Part shown: positions 13,781 through 27,017 of the stretch, piece after piece
How the letters are laid out: the number at the start of each line of letters is the position of its first letter
Numbering within the stretch: position 1 is the first letter of the stretch
NCBI RefSeq assembly: GCF_006345805.1
Contig: NC_042997.1
Location: 155,000,001-155,064,000 of the forward strand
Direction: 5' to 3'
Source: Octopus sinensis
Lineage: Eukaryota
DNA: 64,000 nucleotides
Translations under genes and position numbers: made by a program
The notes under the pieces: model-generated
What the model was told of the DNA's origin: nothing
The model's database searches: none
Seen by the model: only the letters and a program-made list of their open reading frames with translations

Positions 13781-13848
13781 GACTAACTCATAAAATTTTG
13801 TTGTTCTTTTTTTTTACAATATTACAAATAAAAACAAATCATATTTAC

Positions 13849-14031
13849 TTTTCTTATTAGATGCTTTGTTATTGCTCCCATCCTCCTTTGGATCCGTATT
13901 TCTGGCAGCCATCGTATAAGCTGGGTAACTAGGGGCTTCTAACTGGTCATTAGCAATGGACACTTCAAGCCATTCGTTTTGAAACAAAGGGTTATAAGAA
14001 ATGTTGTTACCTGATGTACCACCCTCACCAC
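13849..14031 (-). CDS. DEPDC5: DEPDC5 exon (...YNPLFQNEWLEVSI...)
   Basis: cttacag/gtaaat, 183 nt, phase 1-1; FQxxWxEV motif follows the DEP domain in DEPDC5. Confidence 0.85.
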
Positions 14032-14172
14032 CTGTAAGAAAAAGAAGAAGAAAAAGAAGAGGGTGATAAATTATAAACTATAAACATCAACAAACTATAG
14101 ATGCAATACAGACTTGTCATTTTCTTCAATAATAAACCTGTTCCCCTTCATACTATCATAAAGCCACCTTCT

Positions 14173-14255
<83 letters not shown>

Positions 14256-15053
14256 TGCAGTCAAAGAAGCTCTTCAGATTTGCAAGTTACAAAGCAACCT
14301 CACTAGCTTAGTGTCACAAAAAAAAAAGCACCCAATACCCACTTACTTAAATTCTTCCCATTATACATTAGTCTGGACTGAACAATAGATATAACTTCCT
14401 TCCAGTCACATCATCCCGAAAATGGCCATGCACTTGATTGAAGGGGTAGGGAAAGGGTAACATTAAGTTCTCATTTACAATGTAAATCCCTACATTATTA
14501 GACTTAACCCTTTGCCTGTCTTATGCATCACATGTATTACGTAGGACATATTTCCCTGGTGTCCATGCATCATACATGATGCACATTTCCAGTTTTCTGA
14601 ACCACTGAGTGACTTGGGACTTATGAAAGGAAAACTAAATTACTCAGAATGTATGAGAAGACCCGGCAAGCCAAATGAGAACATTACCTCGTGGCCTATG
14701 CCAGGGGCTTAACCAGCCCACTTATGTGTACCTTTTCCTTCTTTGGACACTAAACTCTGCTTGTGAAGACCTGTTGAGACAAGTGAAATCAAAATCAAAT
14801 TCGATGACTGGCATCCGTGCTAGTGGGGTGCAAAGAGCACCATATGAGTGTGATCGTTGACAGAGCGGCTAACCGGCTTCCGTGCCAGTGGCACATAAAA
14901 GGCACCTTTCGAGTGTGATCATTACCAGCATCGCCTTACTGGCACTTATGCCCATGCTAGTAGGGTGCTAAGAGCTAAAACCTAGAAGGAAAATTGAATA
15001 TTACAATAAAATAAATATGATAAATAAGAGTAAAACTTCTGTAACTTAAGTAC

Positions 15054-15150
15054 CTTCTTTGTTGACTATAAAGTAGAAAAGGAATCCAAAGACAAAATTG
15101 TGATGAATATTTCCAGATGAATGACATATGAGTTGTTTCTCAACAAAAGA
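15054..15150 (-). CDS. DEPDC5: DEPDC5 exon, second half of DEP domain (SFVEKQLICHSSGNIHHNFVFGFLFYFI)
   Basis: ttttcag/gtactt, 97 nt, phase 0-1; LIxHxSG...FxxGFxFY DEP signature. Confidence 0.92.
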
Positions 15151-15444
15151 CTGAAAATAAACAAAAAACAAATTGGTAAATATTTCACATATGTCCAAGA
15201 ACATAATAGCAAATCAATTTTTTTCAGATAACACACAGACACACACACACACACACACAAATGTGATTATTACATGTCTCTATCAACAATAGATCAACAC
15301 TATTTTATCTTGCATAAACCTCTAATATATTAAATATAAAATCAACATCGAAATAAATTTCAATGACATAACAAAAAACACTAATAATAAACAAACATAA
15401 AACATTGTTCTTCTGTAATATGTCATATATACTTTATACTTTAT

Positions 15445-15662
15445 GACATGGGGCTAAACACAGAGGAGACAAACAAGGACAGACAAAGGAAGTAAGTCGA
15501 TTACATTGATCCCAGTGTGAAACTGGTACTTTATTTATCGACCCCGAAAGGATGAGAGGCAAAGTCGACCTTGGCGGAATTTGAACTCAGAACGTAACGA
15601 CAGACGAAATACCACTAAGCATTTCGCCCGGCGTGCTAACGTTTCTGCCAGCTTGCCGCCTT
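15445..15662 (-). mobile_element. SINE family B, single unit
   Basis: Reverse complement of the 6957 head plus one unit. Confidence 0.8.
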
Positions 15663-16174
15663 TATGACATGTCATATATACACAATCATACATTCTGTAG
15701 TTTGCTCAGTGTATCTAAGTAGTATATTCTTCTACTTCCTTCTCTCTCTCTCAGTAACAGCATCCCTCTCTTTCTTTCTACTTCTTTTTCTCTCTCTGTT
15801 GGTTGTGGCATTTCTCTCTTTAGCTACATTTTTCATTGCCACTCTTTCAACCACCCTGCACTTTCTTCTTTCTCTTTACACTCACTGTTCTGCTTTTTTC
15901 CAGTCACCAACACACACACACACACACATAAAAGAATTTATATGATTCTTAAATATAGCATCTTTGAGTACATAGTAAATCCCATGGTATTCCAAGCTAA
16001 CTTAAGTGATATATATATATAATGAAACAAGCAAATATGAGACAAAGAGATCGTATGTTAGGTAACCAAATATAGTGTACTGAACAATTCCACAACCAGA
16101 TATTCTTTACAATACTCATATTTAACAATCAAACAATCTTCAGCTTATCTCAAGAGACACAAATGCATATATGA

Positions 16175-16211
<37 letters not shown>

Positions 16212-16230
16212 TGTGTGTGTGTGTGTGTGT

Positions 16231-16267
<37 letters not shown>

Positions 16268-16272
<5 letters not shown>

Positions 16273-16520
16273 AGGCACCTGGCTTAGTGGTTAGGGTGTC
16301 AGCATCATGATCGTAAGATTGTGGTTTCAATTCCTGGACTGGGTGACGCATTGTGTTCTTGAGCAAAACACTTCATTTCACATTGCTCCAGTCCACTCAG
16401 CTGGCAAAAATGAGTAACGCTCCGATGGACTGGCGTCCCATCCAGCAGGGGGAACACTTACACCATTGAAACCAGGAAACCAGGCCCATGAGCCTGGCTA
16501 GGCTTTAAAAGGGTGCATTT
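16268..16520 (+). mobile_element. SINE family C variant
   Basis: tRNA-like head and CTTGAGCAAAACACTT core. Confidence 0.7.
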
Positions 16521-16537
16521 ATATTTTATATATATAT

Positions 16538-16975
16538 ACAGGGTAGACTAAAAGTAGGTTTACAATTATCACATAGGCACTTTAAATTTATTTTTAAACA
16601 TTTTATTACATTTAAATTTCTATTTTAAAATCATATTGTTTATGCACATCTTAAACAGGCAATGTTTAATCTCTCAGATGCTCAAAATGTCCTCCTCTAA
16701 CATTGCAACATTCTTCAAACCTCTGACACACAGTGCAGTACAAATTCCAATCACCATCAATTTCAATGAATGCGTCAGAAATGTAATCTTGTAATTCATT
16801 TAATGTTTTGGGATTCTACTCATAAATCTTGTTCTATACAAAACCCCCAAAAAAGAAATCCATTGGTGTCAGATCAGGTGAATGTGATTGTTTTTCGATG
16901 CTGCCCTGTCTTCCAAACCAACGCTGTGGAAAGACTTGTTTAAGGTAGTCTCTTACTGTCAACACTGTCAACACT
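16538..16975 (-). mobile_element. Tc1/mariner-superfamily remnant (transposase C-terminal relic and one TIR)
   Basis: Minus strand reads HSPDLTPMDFFFGGFV; TA-CAGGGT...AAAAGTAGGTTTACA terminus. Confidence 0.6.
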
Positions 16976-17915
16976 GGCGCCATGGTGCAATGGTTGAAAA
17001 CAACTGGTCTAGTAGATGTAATGAATGTAGAATAGATAAATTTTTAGTCAAGTATAAAAGTGTTGTGTGTTGAGAAACAAGGTATCTGTGATACTTGTAC
17101 ATAAAAAAATAAAACTGTATTCTATCTATCTATTTTAACTATACTTCACACAAGCCAATGAACAATTGTTGTCGTCAACATCATTGCCATCACTGCCGTC
17201 ATTGCTATCGTCATCACCACCACCACCACCAACACCACTACCACTATTTAACATCTGTGTTCCATGCTGGAATGGTTTAGATGTTTCAACAGGACCTGAT
17301 TAGCCTGAGGGCTGTGTTGGTCTCCATTGTCTGTTTTGACAAGATTTCTATGGCTGAATGCCTTTCCTAATTTCAACTGCTTCACAGAGTGTACTGAGTG
17401 CTTTTTTCATGGCACCAGTACTAGTGGGATTACCAAGTAACATGCAAGGCAAGACTCCTTCACAAAGTGGGAGTGCAATATTTAGTGGGGTAGCATTACA
17501 CCAGATGTAGAAAGGTTGAAGTAGAAAAGAGGGACAGGAGGAGGTGTCTTGCTGTAGAGGAAATACATGGGCACCCCAGCAGGAATGGGATAAAGGATGG
17601 TGGCAAAGTAAGGACCTGGAGAAAATACCATCTCAAAAAAAAAAAAACCAGGGTAATAATGGTTGGATCACATTCAATCATAGGTGAGCTGGATCAGAGC
17701 TAATAGGGTTAAAAAACAACAACTATTATCTCTATAGTTTTGCAATATTTTCTTCAATGTAATCATTCATTTGGTTTATGATTTCATCACCAGTAAATCT
17801 GTTACACCAGTTGCAAATAGTATGAACACACTAACCGAATGGTACAAAAGCTGGAAAACAAAAGTAAAGGAATAAAAATGAAATAAAAAGAATATGAAGA
17901 AAAATAAGACAATAC

Positions 17916-18048
17916 CTGAAGTAGGGCAATAGCCTGTTCTAAAGTTTCTATATTAGGCAACCAATGTAAGCACCAAGTGACAGCTTCTGCTGATATAAAG
18001 CAGTTCATTTGTAAACCCTCGTGTTTCGTTAAGAAAGGAATCCCAGTT
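17916..18048 (-). CDS. DEPDC5: DEPDC5 exon, first half of DEP domain (TGIPFLTKHEGLQMNCFISAEAVTWCL...AIALLQ)
   Basis: gtttcag/gtattg, 133 nt, phase 2-0; CFxxxExVxW DEP signature. Confidence 0.95.
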
Positions 18049-18269
18049 CTGAAACAAATGAAGATATAAAATATTATCAAGAGAAACAAACAGTAGAGCT
18101 TTAAAAAAGATAGATACAAGTATGGCTGTATGGTAAGAAGTTTGCTTCCCAACCACATGGTTCTGGGTTCAGTCCCACTGAGTGGCACCATGGGCAAGTG
18201 TCTTCTACTTTAGATTCATGCTGACCAAAACTGTGCAAGTAGATTTGATAGATGGAAACTTAAAGAAGC

Positions 18270-18315
<46 letters not shown>

Positions 18316-18837
18316 ATATACATATAGGTGTGTGTGTTTGTATGCCACCATTCCTTTACGACCAGTATTGGAGTATTTAATAATAAATAAATGCGCCCTT
18401 TTAAAGCCTAGCCAGACTCAATACCAGAAAAATGATAGGTTTGTTATAGATGCTTTTGTTCATAGATCTGTTCAAGACTGGCTAACTTCGGTGTGGGTGT
18501 TAGAAAACAACAATGATGACCACTAACCAGGAGGCATGCTATGTCTTATGTCTTCAACTGCTAACATAACAACTTGGTCTTCTTTGAGTTAACAAGCAAT
18601 GAGTAGCCTTCTCCAAAAATTATAGAACTCCCTCACCTCACCTCTATTATATAACATCCCACTACATCTTACACACAGCACATCATCCCATCTTTGCTCC
18701 CCAGAACCATCCACTTTTTACTTAGAGAAATTCGAGTTAAGAATCAATTGCAACAATCTCACCAGTTTGAGAAGGCAGGCATAGATTATGGCCACTGCTT
18801 TTCTATATAATGAAAATATATGAAAACATAATCTTAC

Positions 18838-18912
18838 TTGGGATCTAACATGGCTTGGAGGATCTTTGTTGGACTAGAGTCTGCAGAAACTCTCTCTTGG
18901 TTAGTCAGGCAA
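18838..18912 (-). CDS. DEPDC5: DEPDC5 exon (CLTNQERVSADSSPTKILQAMLDP)
   Basis: tatgcag/gtaaga, 75 nt, phase 2-2; IxxAMxxP precedes the DEP domain. Confidence 0.88.
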
Positions 18913-19659
18913 CTGCATAAGAATAATAATGAGAAGCATAAAAATACAGAATTAAATATTTCATTTGTATATGACATATAGTAAACATTAACATAATAAG
19001 ATGCAGTGAAACATTAACATAATGAGATGCAGTGAAACTATGTAGATAGCCAGGTTGTAGAAGTGCAAAGAAATTTTTGATGTTTCATAGTAGATAATAC
19101 AATTGAAAAATAAACAATATTGGAGGTGGCAGGCTTTCTATATTTTTACACGGTCAACATGCCACTTCCACAAAACTAGTGTTCCAGTTTTAAAAGGTGT
19201 TCTCAGATTAAATCCCTTTGTACAGCTCCAAAATATCAAATATTCTTTTAAACAATTTTGGCAGGATGATTATTTAAATGACAATTATGATAATTTTCCT
19301 TGTGTTGCTATTGGCAATTTTTGTAGAAAACCTAAAATAGAATGGTTGCATACAGAAAACATACTTTTGAATCAGTGCCTTATGCATTTTAACAATTCTT
19401 GCATTTTCACATAAAACTTGCAATAAATTTTAATTCAAAATGTTAAATTAAAAAGTCGTTTGTGTTTAGCTAAGTCGTCTGTCTCTCAATTAACATGTAA
19501 TTTATATCATATTTGATACAATATGCAATGAAAAAAATCACAAGCCACAATATTTTATCTAAGAAGATGCCTACATCATGCATCTTTTGAGTAGCAAGAC
19601 TTAAAATCTCATAAATTAACCCTGACAATATTAGACTGATGGATATAGTAGATCAGTCA

Positions 19660-19906
19660 TTTAACCCTTTTAATCTGTCATGTGTATCAAATGAGATATA
19701 TAAGGCATATTCCCCCAGCATTCATGCATCATATATGATAAACATTCCCAATTTTTTTTTCAAGTATCAGAGTAACTTGGGACTTATGAGAGGAAAATTT
19801 TGTCATCTTCAGAAAATATGAAACAAGGGCTAACTTAAAAGTCTGAAAACAAGCATGGACATCAAAGTCGAATTCATGAAAATAATTTGGACAGGCAATG
19901 GGTTAA
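19660..19906. mobile_element. piggyBac-type MITE (second family; a related left end lies near 14504)
   Basis: TTAA-CCCTT...ATGGG-TTAA termini; internal sequence shared with 14504-14660. Confidence 0.55.
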
Positions 19907-20736
19907 AAAAATTGTGCTTAAAGTACTTTGTATTTATAAGCTTCTAAAAATTCAATATCACTGTTTTGCAATGTTAGTTCTACAATATAAACTCTTTTAG
20001 TGTGTTATCATTAAAAGTAAAAAGAGAACACATAGTTGCTACATAGCCTCAGATCTGACCTAATTAAGCAGACCTAGCAACAAAAATGCTCCAAATAGCA
20101 GTGTATGTAGGAGCACATTATCTAATGTACCCTTCTGTTTTTAAATCAATAGGGTGTGATGAAAGGAAAATCTGAATGCTATTAGTAGTAAGCTACAGCT
20201 CCTTAGGTTGATGCTAAGTTTAAGATGGAAAAAAGAGAGGGTATGACATTTTGAGCATGACTTTTCTTCAGAAAGAGGAAAGGTCCGAGAGAAGAAACAG
20301 AATAGTCTGGGAAAATCATGTATGTGGTTACGTGGTTGTGTGTGTGTGAGAGAGTATATATATATATGCATGTGTGTCATAGTTTAGTTGAATATAAAAA
20401 CTTAGCTTAGACCAGGAAGTTAGAAAGTGGAAGGCACAGACCTTGCCAGGGATCAACAGAAAGGTCTGCTGTACAGAAGCAACAGAAAGTTACTAGGAGT
20501 TGATGGAGAGCGGGGAAGAGTCAAAAAGAATTTAGGGTTTAACAATGTTCAATAATTTGAGTTTCAATGATGCAGGAAAGCTGGTGAAGCCAAAGCAGTT
20601 TTCCCATGTCCCAAAGGTATAACTTAGCACTTTTCCCAAGTCATGAATATATGAACATTGTGGAGAAAATACTTTTTATTTCCTCCACTAATTTCTGACA
20701 ATCATATTTTACAGAGAGCATGATTGGATGGGTGGG

Positions 20737-22130
20737 TAATAATAATAATAATAATAATAATTGTGTACAGTGCTCAGGTGCACTACAACTCATCTAAAGT
20801 GTATATATAATCAGGTGTAGTTTCGGCGGATTTCGGAAAGCATGAGGGCCTTAAAGGATGCAGTGTCATGGCAGTCAACAACTGACGCAGACAGTTTATT
20901 CCATGCTTCAGCAACTCTGAGCGTGAAAAAATGTTTCCGAAAGTCATGGGAGCTGTGTTGTTTTCTGACTTTGTAGGCATGTCCACGTGTGTTAGACACA
21001 TGGAGATCAAAAAGGTGTTCAGTGTTGTTGTTGGTGAGGTGGTTGATAACCTTGTGGGTGTTTACCAAGTCCGTCGCCAGACGCCGGAGCTTCAGTGAAT
21101 CCATGCCCAGGGAAACAAGGCGCTCAGAATATGATAGGTGTCTGATGGAGGGTATGCGTTTGGTTGCACGTCTCTGGACAGATTCCAGGAGGTCAATGTT
21201 CTGAGCAAGATAGGGATTCCAAACTGATGATGCGAATTCCAAGTGTGGTCGTACCATAGCTGTATACAGTTTTAAATAGATGGCTGGAGAGCGGCTAACA
21301 AAAGTCCTGCTGAGTGATGCCAAGACACCCTCGGCCTTCTTGACAATTTTAGAGATATGCTTTGTCCAACACAAATCACTGCTGACAGTGATGCCTAGGT
21401 CACGCTCGCAAGAGGATTTCTTGATATCAGTGTTGTGGAGGGAGTATGTGGACGCAGGGTTTTTTCTCCCAAAATGCATGGTGGTACACTTGTCCACAGC
21501 CAGTTTCAGTTGCCAGTCTGTGATCCATTGCTGCATTGTGTCTAGGTCTGATTGCAGGAAAGAGTTGTAGACATCAGGATCAGTCCTCTTGATTTCAAGG
21601 TACAGCTTGATGTCGTCTGCATATTTCAATACTGTGGCATTCTTTAAATTGGCATCTATGTCATTAATGTATGCCACAAACAGGAGGGGACCAAGGACAG
21701 ATCCCTGTGGTACACCCGATGACATCTCATATGGTGTAGAGTGCTGTCCTAGAACTGTGACTACCTCCTTTCGGCTGAGGATGAAGGATTTCAACCAGTT
21801 AAAAAGGTCATCCCCCACACCCATTGCAGAGAGTTTCACCATAAGCCTTTTGTGTGGCACAGAGTTGAAAGCCTTAGCAAAGTCAAGGTAGACAACATCC
21901 ACCCATGAGCCACTGTCAGTGATCTGAGTAATGTCCTCAAGGAACTCGACAAGCTGGTCACTGCAGCTGGAGTTAGGGACAAATCCATATTGTGAGGGTC
22001 GGATGAGACTGTGAGAGCTCCAGAAGTTCCAGAGTGTTTCTCTGACACACGATTCCATCAGTTTTGCAATACAGCTAGTGAGACTGACTGGGCGATAGTT
22101 GACAGGTGATGTGCGGTCACCCTTTTTGAA
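20737..22130 (-). mobile_element. 5'-truncated CR1-clade LINE with an uninterrupted reverse-transcriptase ORF and (ATT)n tail
   Basis: ORF 22058-20811 with YLDFAKAFNSV, GVPQGSVLGPLLF, YADD, VRPHLEF, TRGH; the frame extends upstream to FKKGD...NYRPVSLTS. Confidence 0.95.
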
Positions 22131-22527
22131 CGTTGATGAAGACTCTGTAAGCCTGCAATGGGCTGGAGAGATTCAAAAGTTTGGGAAACACTGACCACGA
22201 GCTATTACTGCAAACAATATTAAACATATATGTCAAAACACAATATACAAAGACGTGCTGAAAAGCTACTGGCTTGGTAAAAGAAAATACAGGAGGATCT
22301 GTTAATTATGATTTTATTCAACATATTCCTTTTTCAGATTCACATACTTATTATAGTGGTCCTTTAGTTTTTATAAGCCCTGTAAAAGAACTCGGAAGGT
22401 GGGCCACCAGCCAGGACTTTCGTGATACCCTTAAAGCCAGGAACTTTTTGGCACCTCCTCATACAACTTAACATATCAAATATCTATATATAAATATACT
22501 CAATTGAACAGTTTCAAAAATACTAAC

Positions 22528-22739
22528 CTATCAATGGCTGGGTTTGACCCAGCTGTAACTGGTGCGGAGCTTTCTCCAGTTGAAGTTGACGTTATCACAG
22601 ACGATGAGGCTCCTCCTGCACCTGAAGCTGATGCTGAAGCTGCCGCTGCAGCAGCGGCAGCACTCTGAGCAGCTGCATTCTGAGCAGCAGCATTGGTTGC
22701 TGCTGTTATCGATGCACTTTGCACAAGTGGATTAGATGC
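22528..22739 (-). CDS. DEPDC5: DEPDC5 exon, Ala/Ser-rich low-complexity linker
   Basis: cttgcag/gttagt, 212 nt, phase 0-2, GC-richer than its flanks, phases fit both neighbours. Confidence 0.85.
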
Positions 22740-23180
22740 CTGCAAGAAATATGTAGACAGTATTAAAACTATGCTAAATAAAATTATACTAAACAGTCAC
22801 ACATTAACACTATTTGTCCTTTTCAAATTTTGGCACAAGGCCAGCAATTTTGGGGAAGGGGAATAATCAATTACATCAACAATCAATAATCAATAATCAA
22901 TTACATCATGATGATGATGATGATCAACCCCAGTGCTCAACCGGTACTTATTTTATCAATCCCAAAAGGAAGAAAGGCAAAGTCAACCTTGGTGGAATTT
23001 GAACTCAGAATATAAAGTCAGACAAAATGCTATTATCATTTTACTCAGTATGCTAACAACTCTGCCAGCTTACTACCTTATATGCCCTGTGATATTGCCA
23101 TGTACCAATACTACTATAACAATATCCCATGATACTGTCATGTATCAAGACTGTTATGATAATCTTCCTGATATCAATAC

Positions 23181-23440
23181 ATCATCATCATCATCGTTTA
23201 ATGTCCGCTTTCCATGCTAGCATGGGTTGGACAATTTGACTGAGGTCTGGCAAACCAGATGGCTGCACCAGACTCTAATCTGATCTGGCAGAGTTTCTAC
23301 AGCTGGATGCCCTTCCTAACACCAACCACTCCAAGAGTGTAGTGGGTGCTTTTACGTGCCACCGGCATAAAGGCCAGCCAGGCAGTACTGGCAACGGCCA
23401 CACTCAAATGGTGCTTTTTATGTGCCACCTGTATAGGAGA
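23181..23440 (-). mobile_element. RTE LINE 3' end fragment with (GAT)n tail
   Basis: CCAACCCATGCTAGCATGGAAAGCGGACATTAAAC(GAT)n, shared with the long RTE copies. Confidence 0.8.
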
Positions 23441-23917
23441 TGATAATATCTTGTGATATTATTACATGTCAACACTACCATGATAGTGTCTTCCGATATT
23501 ATCACATATTAATACTGTTATTACAGAAGCACTATTAATATCAAAAGGCAATCTTGATATCCAACTTAATGTAGATATAAAGGTTACTTTTTAGCATTAA
23601 TACTGCTTTTGCCATTAATAATTATTTCTTGATAAACCTGCTGGCTAGAGGACTATCAAGCTCCAATGTCTTCTTGGGCATGGTGTCCAAGGCTAGATCC
23701 CTTGGGAGCTTTTTTTTTTTTTTTCATGGAATTGGCACTAATAAGGTTGTGAAGTAACTCACGAAACTAAATAAAAAGATCCCACAATTAACTAGCGGTG
23801 TAGTAGAGAATTGTAAATTTGGAACGAGAATAATACTTTTTATTTCCTACTTGTAGGCAGCATACCACTGAAGCTTCAAAGTTTCATTAATTAAGAAAAG
23901 TGATGTAAGGAACAAAC

Positions 23918-24047
23918 CTTAGTATTTCTCCGATTATGCTGAGTTCGTTTGATTTTATTCAGAGATTCAGCAAAGCGAATAAATCCGTTAATATATATCA
24001 GGAAATTAATTGGGACATCTTCATATATGTCACATTTGGGTTCAGAA
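23918..24047 (-). CDS. DEPDC5: DEPDC5 exon (CDIYED...INGFIRFAESLNKIKR)
   Basis: attgtag/gtttgt, 130 nt, phase 2-0; CDIY and GFxRFxExLNxIxR motifs. Confidence 0.93.
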
Positions 24048-25014
24048 CTACAATAAAAAAGATGGAAGAAAAGGTAAAAATTCAAGAAACAGAGTTGATC
24101 AGAAAAAAAAGGGAAAAAAATAATTTTGCAATTTGAACTGAATAAGAAAATCACATATTATTAAAAAAAAATTTAATTACCATAAAGTGACTGTTTTAGC
24201 TATTTTTCTCATAAATTTCTACAAAAAGTAACAAATTTGAAGTATGTTTCTTTTCACCACCACAAACTTTATTTCTCTCACTCTCTCTCTTTCTTTCTGC
24301 CCCTCTTTCGCTCTCACTTTCTGTCCCTCTCTCTCCCTCTCTAACATTTTTCTTTACTCTCTATCTCTTTATATGGGTCATTGTTGTTTAGCTTTCAATC
24401 ATGATTCAATTAACTTACAGATGACCAAAGACATTTAGACATTGTATTTCTAGGACAACATTGCCCAATAGGTCTTCATTTTTTTAAGGTGATTTGATGG
24501 AGATTTGGTTGCTATTTTTAGCTAGTAGAGTGGCTACATTGAGGTTCCCTTGCTCACTTCTTCAACTCAAGTATTTTTAATAATAGAAGTGTTAAAGTCA
24601 AGGTTGGTACTGTTCAGATATCAATTTGTTTTCTACCATATACATATGATCATTTTTGACATTACTTCTCATCAATAAATCTTTGTAGAGTTTAAATTTT
24701 AGATTTAAATATAAACCATTAAGGATACACGTCTTATTCTCAACGACATAATGAGACAATAGGTTTGGTTCATTGGAGTGGGCAAAGAAGAAACCTTGAG
24801 TGACAACTGGGAAACTGAAAGAAGCCAAGGAGGACAAAGAGAGAAGATACTCAATAACTTTACCAGCTGATTTCAGAAATATCAGCCCAATATGGTGCTA
24901 AATCAAAGTGAGACAGGAAGGTTAGGAGATCCAAGATCTGTGATGCCTGTAGGCCAGTGCTCTGCAACCAGTATTCTGTGGAACACTGGTGTGCCATGAG
25001 ACGATGTTAGGTGT

Positions 25015-25461
25015 GTAACAGTGTAACCTTAGATGTCTTGCAAACAACTTGCACATGCAAGTGCTACCAGTCAAAAGCTCCGTATACCAGAAGCCAGCAA
25101 GTGTATGGGGTCATCAGGAGAGAATGCGCGCCGTTTCGGGGCCTACCTCTCGACGGCATCAATGCACACCGGGCCCCTCACTGATATGAGGCCCCGCTTG
25201 CTAGATCAGCTGGTTATGAAGTTAAACTCAATATCCTTCTAGCCATTGCTCATCGTCTCTTTTTAACCAAATCCAGTGGCTAGCCTTCTCCACTGTAGAT
25301 TGGATATCAGTCATGGTGGTATTGACTTTATGATGAGTTAGGCCTAGCGATAACAATAGTCGTCTCACACTGTGTCCAACAAACCCTCTACATTTGACTT
25401 TGATTGGAAAATGTTCCGCTTTCCAGCCTGCGTCTTTACATTCCTCGAGGAGGTTTACATA
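25015..25461 (-). mobile_element. 3' fragment of a HERO-like (R2-group, REL endonuclease) LINE
   Basis: Translates YVNLLEECKDAGWKAEHFPIKVKCRGFVG...EKASHWIWLKR, resembling the HERO-clade C-terminus. Confidence 0.7.
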
Positions 25462-25542
25462 ACGGTTCGATTTTCGAATATAATTTTTTCCTTACTATAA
25501 TTTTAGTTCAGGTGTGCTGCTGGATTTTGAAAAAAAATATAA

Positions 25543-25942
25543 CTCTCTTTACTCTTTTACTTGTTTCAGTCATTTGACTGCGGCCATGCTGGAGCACTGC
25601 TTTTAGTCGAGCAAATCGACCCCAGGACTTATTCTTTGTAAGCCTAGTACTTATTCTATCAGACTCTTTTGCCGAACCTCTAAGCTATGGGGACATGAAC
25701 ACACCAGCATCGGTTGTCAAGCGATGTTAGGAGGACAAACACAGACCACAAACACACATATCTATATATACATATACATGACAGGCTTCTTTCAGTTTCC
25801 GTCTACCAAATCCACTCAAAAGGCTTTGGTCGGCCCGAGGCTATAGTAGAAAACACTTGCCCAAAGTGCCACGCAGTAGGACTGAACCCGGAACCATGCG
25901 GTTGGCAAGCAAGCTACTTACCACACAGCCACTCCTGCGCCT
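25543..25942 (-). mobile_element. SINE family A, full length
   Basis: Head GGCGCAGGAGTGGCTGTGTGGTAAG through to the GTAAAAGAG tail. Confidence 0.85.
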
Positions 25943-26178
25943 ATATGTACTGCAAGTTTAAAAAAACGGTAGTAAAGCACTGCTGTAAGCACAGCATATA
26001 AAGGGAGAGCTATACAAGTCAGTGAAATACTCAACCACTTGTATACTCATCCTATGAACAGGTAAAGCAGTTCATTGAACAACACAGCAAGTCCATAAGA
26101 GATGTTCTCTCAGGACAAATACAGCAATGAATAACTTAACCAAGTGTGCATACATTTAGTATGATGAATAGATGGCTA

Positions 26179-26403
26179 TTTAACCCTTTAACATTCAGAT
26201 TATTCTGTTAAATGTAATGCTTATTTATTCGCATTGTTCTGAACTGATCAAGCACTAGCTCATAGCTTTGAGATTTCAATGTGATTGTTTATTCCTAAAA
26301 TGATATTGTAGGGTAGATGAGAAAGGTCAAATCTGGCCAGTTAGATGATAAAACAGGCAGAACATTTTGGCCGGATATGTCCAGTTTAAATGTTAAAGGG
26401 TAA
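26179..26403. mobile_element. piggyBac-type MITE family 1
   Basis: TTAA-CCTTTAACATT...AATGTTAAAGGG termini; copies at 1-121, 29120-29518, 29565-29792 and 37458-37572. Confidence 0.65.
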
Positions 26404-26943
26404 AATACCCATAGTCAAACATGTTTTTCATGGAAGACTGGAAATGAACAACATTGCTTGTATAGTAGTGATCCTTGTTTATAACCATCACATGATGCCA
26501 AGGCAAGAGAACACAGAAACACACACACACAATGGGCTTCTTTCAGTTTCCATCTACCAAATCCACTCATAAGACTGGCCAACCCATGACTATAGCAGAA
26601 GACATTTGCCCAAGGTGCTGACCACATAGCTGACAACATGCGAGACCACATAGTTGGAAAGCAAGTTTATTAACCAAACAGCCATGCATGTACCTACAAA
26701 TGGCTTTAAAAAAATTAGAAATTTCTAATATAAAATATGTTATATAACAGAAATAATTCCTTATCTATTCCAAATATACACAATTTTCCACAGATAAGAT
26801 TATTGCATTTTTGACTCAGAATTCTAGCTTATGAAAAGGAATTTTAAAAAACTAGACTAAAAAACTATTTTACACCTTGAAAAAAGCAATTTAACATGCA
26901 AATTCGCATTTTTGATTTGAAAGAATATTCCAGGAATACATAC

Positions 26944-27017
26944 CCAGCTTCAGATAATTTTTTGGTGATATTACTGTATGGCAAGAGGAAAAACCGGCTG
27001 CGCCAGTATTTTAAAAT
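26944..27017 (-). CDS. DEPDC5: DEPDC5 exon (ILKYWRSRFFLLPYSNITKKL)
   Basis: ctttcag/gtatgt, 74 nt, phase 0-2; LK[YF]WRxRFxLLP motif. Confidence 0.95.

Larger units (their letters stand above)
24955..25982. mobile_element. hAT-type MITE carrying nested LINE and SINE insertions
   Basis: CAGTGCT...AGCACTG termini, TSD CTGTAGGC / CTGTAAGC. Confidence 0.7.
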
